Shown piece by piece: positions 1 to 10,803 of a stretch of 42,268 bases of DNA (positions are counted from its first letter, which is position 1; each line of letters opens with the position of its first letter). Position numbers and translations under genes: made by a program. The DNA is taken from NCBI RefSeq assembly GCF_006345805.1, contig NW_021835255.1:1-42268 (forward strand). Direction: 5' to 3'. The stretch comes from Octopus sinensis. Its lineage: Eukaryota. The notes under the pieces are model-generated. The model was not told the origin of the DNA and searched no databases. It was given only the letters and a program-made list of their open reading frames with translations.

Positions 1-530
1 AAATATATGTTGCCTGTATGTTGTTGTATATATATATATATATATTATATATATATACATCATACATATAATATACGTACACACATACACACACATACAA
101 ATACAAGCGCACCTTTATATACATACATGTATATTTGCATGTATAGACATACATGTGTGTGTTTGTGTGTGTATGTGTCTATGTGTGTGTGTATGTGTCT
201 ATGTGTGTTGTATGTGCGTGTGTGTGTGTGTTTTTGTGTGTGTGTGTTCGTGCGTGTGTGTATGTATCTGCATGTGTATGTATGTGTTTGCATATATGTG
301 CGCGTGTGTGCACATATATTCGTAACATGAGAGGTGTAGTAAGAGTTAAAAGAACAGTCAACGGAAAATTATAGGAAGTCAACGGAAAATTAAAGAAACT
401 CTGTGTGTGTGTGAGTGTGTGTGTGTGTGAGTGTGTATGTGTATATGTGTGTGTGTATGTGTATGTGTGTGTGTACATGTCAGTGTATGTATATACGTAG
501 TGTGTGTGCATTTTACTATGTATTTACATG
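1..530. repeat. Degenerate (TA)n/(CA)n/(TG)n microsatellite block
   Basis: Directly visible dinucleotide runs; the ORFs here are repeat translations. Confidence 0.95.
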
Positions 531-941
531 TCACCTTGTTTGCTATATAGAAGCTTGCGCGCGTACAATCAAAAATGTAAAAAAATCGGAAAAAATAAAG
601 ATAAAAATCCCAAACTCGTAAGAAATATGAGAGATATTATGGTCAAAGATAAGACAAATATATGATTAAAAAAATGGAAAATATATCTATAAGAATTGTT
701 TGTTTTTTCCTAAGAAAGTAAGGGAGAGAGAGAGACAGACAGACAAACAGACAGAACGTGTGAGAGAGAGAGAGAAGTGTCGTGAGAATGTAAATGAGAA
801 AACCACTATAAGGATCTTTTATCAATATGCTCCTATGATTGTGATCGACGAACAAGCTGATAACAACCTTGACTACTGCAACCAAATACCCATTATTTAT
901 ATATATATATATAGTAATATGTATATATATATATAATATAC

Positions 942-992
<51 letters not shown>

Positions 993-1334
993 TATATATA
1001 TATAAAGAGAGAGAAAAAATTGAGAGACAGACAGACAGACAAAGGAGGAGGAAGGAGGAGAGAGGGAGCAATGAATAAACGGATAGGGCGAGTATATAAG
1101 ATAGGTGGTTGGTTGTTGTGTGTGACGACATGTGTGTAAAAGAGTCCGTAATGAAATAATGGTGTCCAGTCACGCTATTGGGGTTATTGTAAAGTATATC
1201 ATTAGTATGAAAGCTGAAGAAGTATCAGAGGTCAAAATGTGTCAACTCAGATATCCGTGTAGTTGTGTTGTGTTTTTGTTTTTTGTTTTTTTTTATTTAT
1301 TTTCATCTTTATGTTGCCATTGTTACTGACGGAT

Positions 1335-1343
1335 ATAATAATG

Positions 1344-1382
<39 letters not shown>

Positions 1383-1477
1383 TAATATAATAATAATATA
1401 ATAATAATGATGATGATAGTAATAATAATAATAATAATAAGAAGAAGAAGAAGAAGAGAAGAAGAAGAATAGTGGTA

Positions 1478-1519
<42 letters not shown>

Positions 1520-1570
1520 CAACAGCAGCAGCAGCACCAGCAGCAGAAGCAACAACAATGATGACAATAC

Positions 1571-1631
<61 letters not shown>

Positions 1632-1697
1632 AAGAAGAAGAAGAAGAAGAAGAAGAAGAAGAAGAAATAATTATAATAACAATAATGATAATAATAA
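1335..1697. repeat. Compound trinucleotide array (AAT)n-(AAG)n-(TAG)n-(CAG)n-(AAT)n-(AAG)n-(AAT)n
   Basis: Directly visible. Confidence 0.97.
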
Positions 1698-1894
1698 CAC
1701 CGCAAAAATCTCGAGAAATACGTGGAACAAATAGGGGCTGCAATAAGGGTGGAGCACTTGCAGAAAACAGCACTGCTTGGAACTGCTCGAATACTCCGGA
1801 AGGTACTCGAAAAATAAGAGGTGTTACCTTAGTTCACTGGTAGTGAACAGCTGACACTGTAGTACATCTCCAGCGATAGAAGCTGTGCAAAGGC
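1698..1894 (+). mobile_element. 5'-truncated R4/Dong-type RLE non-LTR retrotransposon 3' end, flanked by (AAT)n on both sides
   Basis: 1704-1817 translates as KNLEKYVEQIGAAIRVEHLQKTALLGTARILRKVLEK*, the typical C-terminus of R4/Dong-clade ORFs. The 3'UTR has the hairpin GTTCACT-GGT-AGTGAAC (1832-1848), followed by (AAT)n. Confidence 0.85.
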
Positions 1895-1898
1895 AATG

Positions 1899-1963
<65 letters not shown>

Positions 1964-2175
1964 TCTTTCTACTATAGGCACAAGGCCTGAAATGTGAGGG
2001 CAGGGGATTAGTCGATTACATCGACCACAGTATTTCACTGGTACTTAATGTATCGACCCCGAAAGGATGAACGGCAAAGTCCACCTGGGCGGAATTTGAA
2101 CTCAGATCGGAGAGATGGGCGAAATACCGCTAATCATTTCGTCCAGTGTGCTAACCATTCTGCCAGCTCACCGCC
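1964..2175 (-). mobile_element. tRNA-derived SINE, family A, with (ATT)n tail
   Basis: The minus strand begins GGCGGTGAGCTGGCAGAATGGTTAG (A box) and contains GAGTTCAAATTCC (B box). The central CATCCTTTCGGGGTCGAT...AAGTACCAG domain is shared with many copies in the window. Confidence 0.9.
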
Positions 2176-3147
2176 ATTCCATCCCAGTTAAATAGTCGCA
2201 GCAGGAGGATCTTCGCAATAGACTCGTTGATTGCTGGATCATTCCACATTTGACAGCAGGTGTTCAGCATAACTTCGTATGTCAGCAATACTCAAATACT
2301 GAACGAATGCGTGTTGAACACGTTCATCGCTCTGCGTGACTTAAGACAGGCTGACGGCACTTCTGTGACTCTAAAGTTTATCTCGAACTAGCAATGCACC
2401 AACCCCACTGGCTGCAACTTTTTTTATTAACCATAATAATTGAGTAAAAAGACAGAGGACGATACATTGTGATATTGTGAGGTTACATAAAAAGTGTGTA
2501 AAGACGAGAAATAACAAAAAAAAATGATCTAAGGCAAAATTACGAGAAAAATTTCCGCAGAAGTTGCGGGAAGACTTTCGAGAGTTACTCGTGAAAACCT
2601 TCCAAAATCCAGTCATCTTGAGCACTGAATCAAGTCTCCTTTCTCATTTATCTATCCTTCTTTAATCTTCAGACGCATGCTCTGAGCGAGTGCGTTCATT
2701 CGGATTATACTCGCCACACTGAGCCATCATTTAACAAAGGAAAAGTGAAAAACTTGATGAGGGCTGAGTGTTCGTGTTGGTTGTGGTGGTGATGGCGGTA
2801 GTGGTGGCGGTGGTTTTGGAGGCAGTGTTTATAGTAGTAAACGTATTTCCTTCTTTGTTTGTATCTTCTAAAGTATGTGTGCATTCAAGCGGAACGACTG
2901 GCTTCGGTAGAAGCGAGACATGTTGATTCGATTTAGCCATTTTCGTTTAAAATATGGCAAGGAAACAAAAGAAAAATTTTAAAAGTTTTGAAATTATCCC
3001 CAGTGGGGTTTTTTCCTATTACAAGATTTACTGGGGTCGAAGGAGATGGTGTTAGACTCCTCCTTCACAAAAATATTCCACAAATAAACAGTTTTCTACA
3101 CAAAAAGCCAACTTACTTGGAGTCGATTTTTCCACAGTCCATTCACG

Positions 3148-3169
3148 CCAGATAGATAGACAGATAGAC

Positions 3170-3243
<74 letters not shown>
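3148..3243. repeat. (GATA)n microsatellite
   Basis: Directly visible. Confidence 0.97.
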
Positions 3244-3244
<1 letters not shown>

Positions 3245-3257
3245 AAGAAAATTTATG

Positions 3258-3677
3258 TATCGTTTCCAAATTTTGGTACAAGACCTGCAATTTCGAGGGT
3301 GAGAGAAAGTTTATAAAACCGACACCGGCGTTCAACTTGCACTTATCTTATGGATCCCAAAAGGATGAAAGCCAAAGTCGGCTTTGGTGGAATTTGAGCT
3401 CAGAACGTAAAGATGGACGAAATGCCGCGACGACTTTCACCCGGCGTGCTAACGTTTCTTATTTCTTTATTGCCCACAAGAGGGGACAAACAAGGACGAA
3501 CAAACGGATTAAGTCGATTATATCGACCCCAGTGCGTAACTGGTACTTAATTTATCGATCCCGAAAGGATGACAGGCAAAGTCGACCTCGGCAGAATTTG
3601 AACTCAGAACGTAGCGGCAGACAAAATGCCACTAAGCATTTCGCCCGGCATGCTAACGTTTCTGCCAGCTCAACACC
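3258..3677 (-). mobile_element. Dimeric SINE family A (full unit followed by a headless second unit)
   Basis: Two consecutive SINE-A bodies with the junction at about 3458, after an AAAGAAATAA tail. Confidence 0.85.
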
Positions 3678-5086
3678 TTACAATAATGTATATTGGTGAC
3701 ACATGCATGGGAACAGTTTTTGTGAGACAGTAGTCTATTCTAACTACACTACTATATTCTTTTCTTACAGACTAGTAATAATGACCAGTTACTTTTATAA
3801 CAGCTTATGTCACGTACGCATTATGTCGCAATCTATAGTAATATTTATTGTGGATCTGAGATTAATTTAAAGATTCCAAATTCTGATTTGTCATTGGCAT
3901 CTCGAAGTGAAAAGAGTTACAAAGAGAAAATGGTGGGATCTTGTATTTCGTCTAGATTAAAAATGCTTATTACATCTCTTCAAACACTCACACAAACATG
4001 AACCAGACACACACACACGCACCATACACACATACACACACGCACGCACGCGCGCGCATATATACATATAATGTGTGTATATGTATGTATGTTTGTATGT
4101 ATGCATATCTGTGTGTATGTGTAGTTATGTATGAATGTATGTGCTGTATATGTTTATGTCAACGTATATATGTTTGCGTGTTGTGTGTGTCATTGCGTGT
4201 ATGCGTTTCTATATATATATGCACATGCACCTGTAGCTTGCGAACTATTTGCATGTCCAAAGAGGTACACATGGAAATGCACTTCTGCTCGCACCAGTGC
4301 ACACAAGGTCGCAACACACACGTACAAACACACGCACGCACACAAGCATTTGTAGCCATGTTAGAGTGACGCACGTATATGTGGGAGCACGTATTTAAAT
4401 ACATGCAATTGGAGACATCGGGTGCAAATAGATGTGAGGTGTAAGACTTCGGTTCTCGATTTTCATATGCACTTAGGACATGCCATCTCGAAAACCTTAC
4501 GGTGTAGCTTAATCTTTTAATTATGTTTTCCGTTCATCATATATCTAAAGTTTTCAGCAGCCACGTGCTTCTAATTATTTCTTTACATATTTTTTTTTAT
4601 ATTTATTACAATCGTTTTAGTTTTTGTTGTCGTTATTGTCACTTCTATCGTGTTTTCATACATGATGCTCGCTTGGATTTCATTCACATGGATGTATCGT
4701 ATTAATGCTGTAGCCAAAGCGGATAGCAGAGGAGCGGAACATAATACGAAATTCGTGGCAATTAAGCTCCCCTATATCTTTCCGTTAGTATCCAGATAAA
4801 TGTTATGTGTAATTATTGTTCATATTATGTAATTAAGTGGTGACGAACACAACACGGTACACGAAATGGTAAATCAGCTCCGGATAAGTAGACACTGCAA
4901 AATATTAAACACACCTGATTTCTATTCTGGGTATGTGCTTACCTTAATTAGCGTGGATAAAACTGTTGAACGCACTGACACTAACATGCAAAGTGTAATC
5001 GATCAGAAGCATTGTCAAGATAGAATGGCAAAATGGTAATCCTAGAAGACTCTGACCTGAGGTAGGTAGAATCAGGTATCTTGTAA

Positions 5087-5486
5087 GGCGGCGAGCTGGC
5101 AGAAGCGTTAGCACACCGGGCGAAATGCTTAACGGTATTTCGTCTGCCGTTACGTTCTGAGTTCAAATTCCGCCGAGGTCGACTTTGCCTTTCATCCTTT
5201 CAGTGTCGATTAAATAAGTACCAGTTACGCACTGGGGTAGATATAATCGACTTAATCCGTTTGTCTGTCCTTGTTTGTCCCCTCTGTGTTTAGCCCCTTG
5301 TGGGTAGTAAAGAAATAGGTATTTCGTTCATCTTTACGTTCTGAGTTCAAATTCCCCCGAGGTCGACTTTGCCTTTCATCCTTTCAGGGTCGATAAATAA
5401 AGTACCAATTGCGTACTGGGATCGATCTAATAGACTGGTCCCTCCCCAAAAACTTCGGGGGCCTTGTGCCTAGAGTACAAAAGAAT
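5087..5486 (+). mobile_element. Dimeric SINE family A with an 18-bp target-site duplication
   Basis: A and B boxes at the start; the second unit begins at 5318. The flanks are AGAATCAGGTATCTTGTA (5068-5085) and AGAATCAGGTATTTTGTA (5482-5499). Confidence 0.88.
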
Positions 5487-5535
5487 CAGGTATTTTGTAT
5501 GGTGTTACTATTGTAGTTGTTGTTCATCCAAGGCG

Positions 5536-5566
<31 letters not shown>

Positions 5567-5579
5567 TATATATATACAC

Positions 5580-5789
5580 ATACATACATACATACATACA
5601 TACATACATACATACATACATACATACATACATACATTTTATTTAATATATTCTCCTCTCAGATTTAAAACACTTATTACAGCGGTCCTTCAGTCTTTCT
5701 AAGACCTGCAAATGAACTCGGAAGTTTGGACCTTCAACTTGGCCTTTCCCAACGCCCTTAAAACCAGGAACTTTTCAGCACCTCTTGTT

Positions 5790-5835
<46 letters not shown>

Positions 5836-6560
5836 TGTGTGTTATTCTGATTGAACCTTTGCATCAACAGGTATCTCCTTGCGACAATGAAGCCTTTAAT
5901 TTAATCAAGATATCTTTGGCCTGAACAATCGCCGGCGATATATCCCTCACTAGGATTTTACCACATCTGAGATTCCACTCGCTATGAAACTGATGTAGAC
6001 TAGATTTCTCATACTCCGTTCCGTAATTCTTGCATTCTTTTTCGCACATTCGGCAACCCTGGTTGCCTACCGAGGAACATACAAGGAACTTTTTTTCAGC
6101 TCATCGTTCTTCGACAAAGGAAAAAAAATCTGCAACCTTCCGTCTCAATAAACCACTATTGATCCTGAAAGTCATTTTTTTATACTCACTATGGATTGTT
6201 CGAAGCTAGCTTTCTTCCACACATCGATCCCTGGATCTTACACACACACCCAAAACACACACACACACACACACATACACACACACCCACACATACACAC
6301 ACACACCCACACATACACACATATATATATATATACACATGCATACATACATACATACATACATACATACATACATACATACATACATACATACATACAT
6401 ACATACATTTTATTTAATATATTCTCCTCTCAGATTTAAAACACTTATTACAGCGGTCCTTCAGTCTTTCTAAGACCTGCAAATGAACTCGGAAGTTTGG
6501 ACCTTCAACTTGGCCTTTCCCAACGCCCTTAAAACCAGGAACTTTTCAGCACCTCTTGTT

Positions 6561-6618
<58 letters not shown>

Positions 6619-7073
6619 TGTTATTCTGATTGAACCTTTGCATCAACAGGTATCTCCTTGCGACAATGAAGCCTTTAATTTAATCAAGATATCTTTGGCC
6701 TGAACAATCGCCGGCGATATATCCCTCACTAGGATTTTACCACATCTGAGATTCCACTCGCTATGAAACTGATGTAGACTAGATTTCTCATACTCCGTTC
6801 CGTAATTCTTGCATTCTTTTTCGCACATTCGGCAACCCTGGTTGCCTACCGAGGAACATACAAGGAACTTTTTTTCAGCTCATCGTTCTTCGACAAAGGA
6901 AAAAAAATCTGCAACCTTCCGTCTCAATAAACCACTATTGATCCTGAAAGTCATTTTTTTATACTCACTATGGATTGTTCGAAGCTAGCTTTCTTCCACA
7001 CATCGATCCCTGGATCTTACACACACACCCAAAACACACACACACACACACACATACACACACACCCACACAT

Positions 7074-7090
<17 letters not shown>
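5580..7090. repeat. Near-perfect tandem duplication of a ~775-bp unit bounded by microsatellites
   Basis: Unique sequence at 5641-6240 recurs at 6412-7019. The offset is 771 before and 779 after the internal (GA)n, whose length differs between copies. Confidence 0.95.
5637..5788 (-). mobile_element. Truncated mariner-derived MITE (second copy at 6408-6559)
   Basis: The minus strand has the TIR-like GAGGTGCTGAAAAGTTCCTGG, then LERLKDRCNKC-(frameshift)-NLRGEYIK*, resembling the mariner transposase C-terminal RWxKCxxxxGxYxE motif. Confidence 0.7.
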
Positions 7091-7106
<16 letters not shown>

Positions 7107-7318
7107 ACGGGAAACTTTATGAAAATAAACAAAAGACGAAGGCAGGTGGAATACAAACAAACAATTGTATTAGTATGGCGCTCAGGATTATAAATAAAAC
7201 AAGTCTTTTACGTTTCGAGCCTACGCTCTTCAACAGAAAGATACACAGAAAAGAAACACAGAAAGAAACAAGGAGAGAAAAAAAATGCGTGCAGAAGCTA
7301 GCGAATCAACATGGCGAT
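7087..7318 (-). mobile_element. (TA)n-embedded Penelope-LTR-like non-autonomous element (homologues at about 28085-28270 and 30935-31134)
   Basis: About 85-90% similar by eye to 28085-28270; flanked by TA runs; carries a hammerhead-like fold. Confidence 0.7.
7204..7241 (-). ncRNA. Minimal hammerhead-like fold with an atypical U at core position 6
   Basis: Minus strand reads TCTTT-CTGTTGA-A-GAGC GTAG GCTC-GAAA-CGT-A-AAAGA: 5-bp stem I, 4-bp stem II, palindromic ACGT stem III and a GUA triplet. Confidence 0.55.
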
Positions 7319-7324
7319 ATATAT

Positions 7325-8930
7325 AACAAATGAAAGACAGAAGATGGAATAAACGAGAATTTATTATTAATCCCGACAGTTGTTTCGACGCATCTAGCAT
7401 CGATTCCTCTTGGGTGGGGAACTCAAAACTGGTTCAGGTGCATCTGGTAGTGCAGCTGTATGTCGTCGGGTGAATAATAAATATAAACAACTCGCTAAAA
7501 TGACTGTTCCACAATGTAACTTTCCGTTTTGTAGAGAGAAAAACAGCGAGACGGAGGAAACATCATATATATATATGTAGGAGATCAAAAATAAAATTTC
7601 AGATAACAAAAAGAGAAACGAACACGCAATCCAGCGAAAAAAGTATTGAAAATAACCGTTAAAAGATATGGATGTATAAACGCCTCGGGCAAGCTGCATG
7701 GCACGAGTACACACGCTCATACAAGCATCAGCAAAAATGTGAGCATCTCCTGGAAATCATATTATATGGTTTTGCATGTCTAACTATGGAGCAGTTAATG
7801 TTGTACTTCTTTTTATCCTCCTTCAGTCGCCATATAAAATCTGCCAATGATGTTGAATGTCTCTTATTGTTTGACTTAAAGCTGGCAACATGGTTACGAT
7901 AACGATTCTTATATGAGGCAGCCGTCTGCTCAATGTAAACATAGGGCCCTCCCCTTGTGTTCACGGTACATTTATATACAAGATTTGTACTCATACAGAG
8001 ATTCATCAAAGGACATTTTGATTTATCTCTGCATGAGCATTTATCGTATTTATTTGTATATAAGGCAGTCCTGACTCCATTGACCAGTGTTGTTATCATG
8101 CTAGCTGTACCATGAGTATTTCTACTACTACAAATTGGTCGAAGTTGATGTTTATCAATGCGGTTTACATCTCCTTACTCTTTACTCTTTTACTCTTTTA
8201 CTTGTTTCAGTCATTTAACTGCGGCCATGCTGGAGCACCGCCTTTAGTCGAGCGACTCGACCCCGAGACTTATTCTTTTGTAAGCCCAGTACTTATTCTA
8301 TCGGTCTCTTTTGCCGAACCGCTAAGTAACGGGGACATAAACACACCAGCATCGGTTGTCAAGCAATGCTAGGGGGACAAACACAGACACACAAACACAC
8401 ACACACACATATATATATATATACATACATATATACGACGGGCTTCTTTCAGTTTCCGTCTACCAAATCCACTCACAAGGCTTTGGTCAGCCCGAGGCTA
8501 TAGTAGAAGACACTTGCCCAAGGTGCCACGCAGTGGGACTGAACCCGGAACCATGTGGTTGGTAAACAAGCTACTTACCACACAGCCACTCCTGCGCCTA
8601 TCATTGGTTGGTATTTAAATGCAAACGTTTGTTAGATCCAGTATTTTGGTTATTGAACCTTTGCTGCAATTTGCTATAGTTTATGCAATGCATAAGCTGC
8701 CCTAAGTTAGCAGAGTTGGCGTAGAATACCTTATTTACGATTGAAAATACGATTAAAAATAGCATGATACCGATTAGATTTAGAAAAACAGTTGTCCAAA
8801 GCAGCAAAAAATTTTCCGGCTATCCTGGTTGAAACATGCAAACCGAAAATTGGGTTGAACCGGAGGATATCCTGATTCCTATACCTGTTGTCAGATTTAT
8901 TTAATCGATTGTTGTACAGGATTGGAACAA
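7325..8930 (-). mobile_element. Degenerate Penelope-like element 3' half (linker plus GIY-YIG endonuclease, Naiad-like), interrupted by a SINE
   Basis: 8740-8900 gives RNQDILRFNPIFGLHVSTRIAGKFFAALDNCFSKSNRYHAIFNR, similar to the PLE RNIIWFNPP...KIFNR motif. 7728-8099 gives CSCRDKSKCPLMNLC...LVYKCTV...VYIEQT...YKNRYRNH...STSLADFIWRLK, a GIY-YIG domain with YIG mutated to YIE. The 3' region has a PLE-type GAAACAACTGTC motif (7375-7386, minus) and ends at (TA)n. Confidence 0.85.
8172..8600 (-). mobile_element. tRNA-derived SINE family B (internal microsatellite, LINE-like 3' tail), nested in the PLE
   Basis: Head TAGGCGCAGGAGTGGCTGTGTGGTAAG...GGGTTCAGTCCC; tail CAGCATGGCCGCAGTTAAATGACTGAAAC followed by (GTAAAAGA)n. 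Confidence 0.93.
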
Positions 8931-8959
8931 GCAGTTTAATTATTATAACACACACACAC

Positions 8960-8995
<36 letters not shown>

Positions 8996-9329
8996 AAATA
9001 TATATTGACATACATGCATATAAGTTCATAAACATATACCAAGATATATACATACATAATTATATGTGTGCGTGTTTGTGTGTGTGTGAGTGTGTTTGTG
9101 TGTGTGCGCGTGTGTGTAAAGCAAGAACGAGGTGCCAGTCGTAAAGCGTTACGTGGTCATTTAACCCGCTAGAAATACTAACCTATACAGTCTTCAAACT
9201 CCATCTTAACATTTGAAAGCAGGGAATTCCGGTTATTGTGTTTGAAGGCAGATAGAATGATCACAGATGAGTACAGATGTACACAGATGTGCACATACGG
9301 ATTATCTTTCAGAGCAGAACATATTAACT

Positions 9330-9544
9330 TAGTACATACATAATGTTTGAATGTGTGCGTGCGTGCGTGCGTGCGTGCATACATGCATGTCGCTAGCTTC
9401 GTTTAAAGCCCCCCCCCCCGTATTCAAATGTGTTAACGCTGCATTCAGAATTATGTGTGCATGTGTTAATATATCTGTATATGTGAGTGTGCACGAAAAA
9501 TTGCATACATACACGTACATACATGTATATATATGTATATATAA

Positions 9545-9592
<48 letters not shown>

Positions 9593-9702
9593 ATATATAT
9601 ATATATACCCCACAACTCAACTTTGTTATATATATATATGTATATATATGCATATATATATATGCATACCTATATACATATATATATATATATATACATA
9701 TA

Positions 9703-9752
<50 letters not shown>

Positions 9753-9970
9753 TACGTACATGTACATATTTAACTCTCTCTTTCTCTCTCTCTCACTCAC
9801 TAAATATATATATGTATGTGTGTATACGTGCATATATGTATGTATATATATATATACGCATAAATGTGTGTGTGTATACACGCATGCACAAAGACACATG
9901 CACATATCCAAATATACATACAATGACACACATACACACACATATATATTTGTTAAGTTGTACACATATA
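9330..9970. repeat. Compound (TA)n/(TG)n/(CT)n microsatellite block
   Basis: Directly visible. Confidence 0.95.
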
Positions 9971-10619
9971 AGATGTGCAATAATAGAACATGTCATAGCG
10001 TTGTGAAATGTGCCATAAGGCTGTCAACTATGACAAATCTATGTTAAGTATGCAATAGAATGGCTAAAAGTGACATGGCGTCACAGATTAAGCAGACGAT
10101 CTACAACAACAACAAACAACAAACACACCAGGTTCGTTTATATGATCGAAAACCACTAAGAATTTTGAAGGAATCAATGTGTTTTGGGGGAAAAAGCCGA
10201 AGGTCTTAACAATAATGGTGTAGATATAGTTTTTTGTAATATCATGTAATTTTTAGTGTTGCACTTTCACATTCCACGCTCAGGTCATGCTGAGAACTGG
10301 GTAGAGATCTGACATATTTGTCCCTCCGGTAAGAGGCTGAGATGAACTGGTGGAGATTGTAGAAAATACCAACAATATGCTGTGGTTGATTAACTTGCCT
10401 GAGTTATGTATTTTTCTTTTAAATTACAGGCGTGTGTCTACATCCACCGATCTTAGAAATTAATGTTTCAGCGAGCATTGTGGAGCAAACGGTAAGATAC
10501 TTGGAATTAGATTTAATGTTGGGTGGTAGGACTTGAATCAGTTGCCTATTTTAAGGGCACTATCAAAGGTCCTTCTCCAGTCATGGGTTCTTGAGGCCGG
10601 TTTCTGAATTCTGTAACGT

Positions 10620-10803
10620 TTATATTCCTTCACCGGATGGGACACCTGTCTGTTACTGGAATACTGATTTTGGCCAGCTTAAAGGATTGGAGCAACGTGA
10701 AATAAAAGGCTTTGCTCAAGAACTCAACGCATCGCCCGGTCCAGGAATCGAAACCACAATCTTACGATCATGTCTGCAACACCTTAACCACTAAGCCATG
10801 CGC
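10620..10803 (-). mobile_element. tRNA-derived SINE family C (CORE-like), partial
   Basis: Minus strand reads GCGCATGGCTTAGTGGTTAAGG...GGTTTCGATTCCTGG...GAGTTCTTGAGCAAAG; homologous to 23016 and 41275. Confidence 0.85.

Noticed and set aside
5864-6049. Duplicated 61-aa ORF MCEKECKNYG... (also 6643-6828)
   Set aside because: No recognisable motif; it appears twice only because of the tandem duplication.
7700-7745. In-frame TGA among cysteines after the PLE endonuclease (CSHFC*CLYE) as possible selenocysteine, as reported for some Naiads
   Set aside because: The TGA does not align with a conserved Cys of the CxLCxxEK motif. The neighbouring frame (HIFAD...SVC) fits the expected continuation after a deletion, the copy has other lesions (YIG to YIE), and I saw no SECIS.
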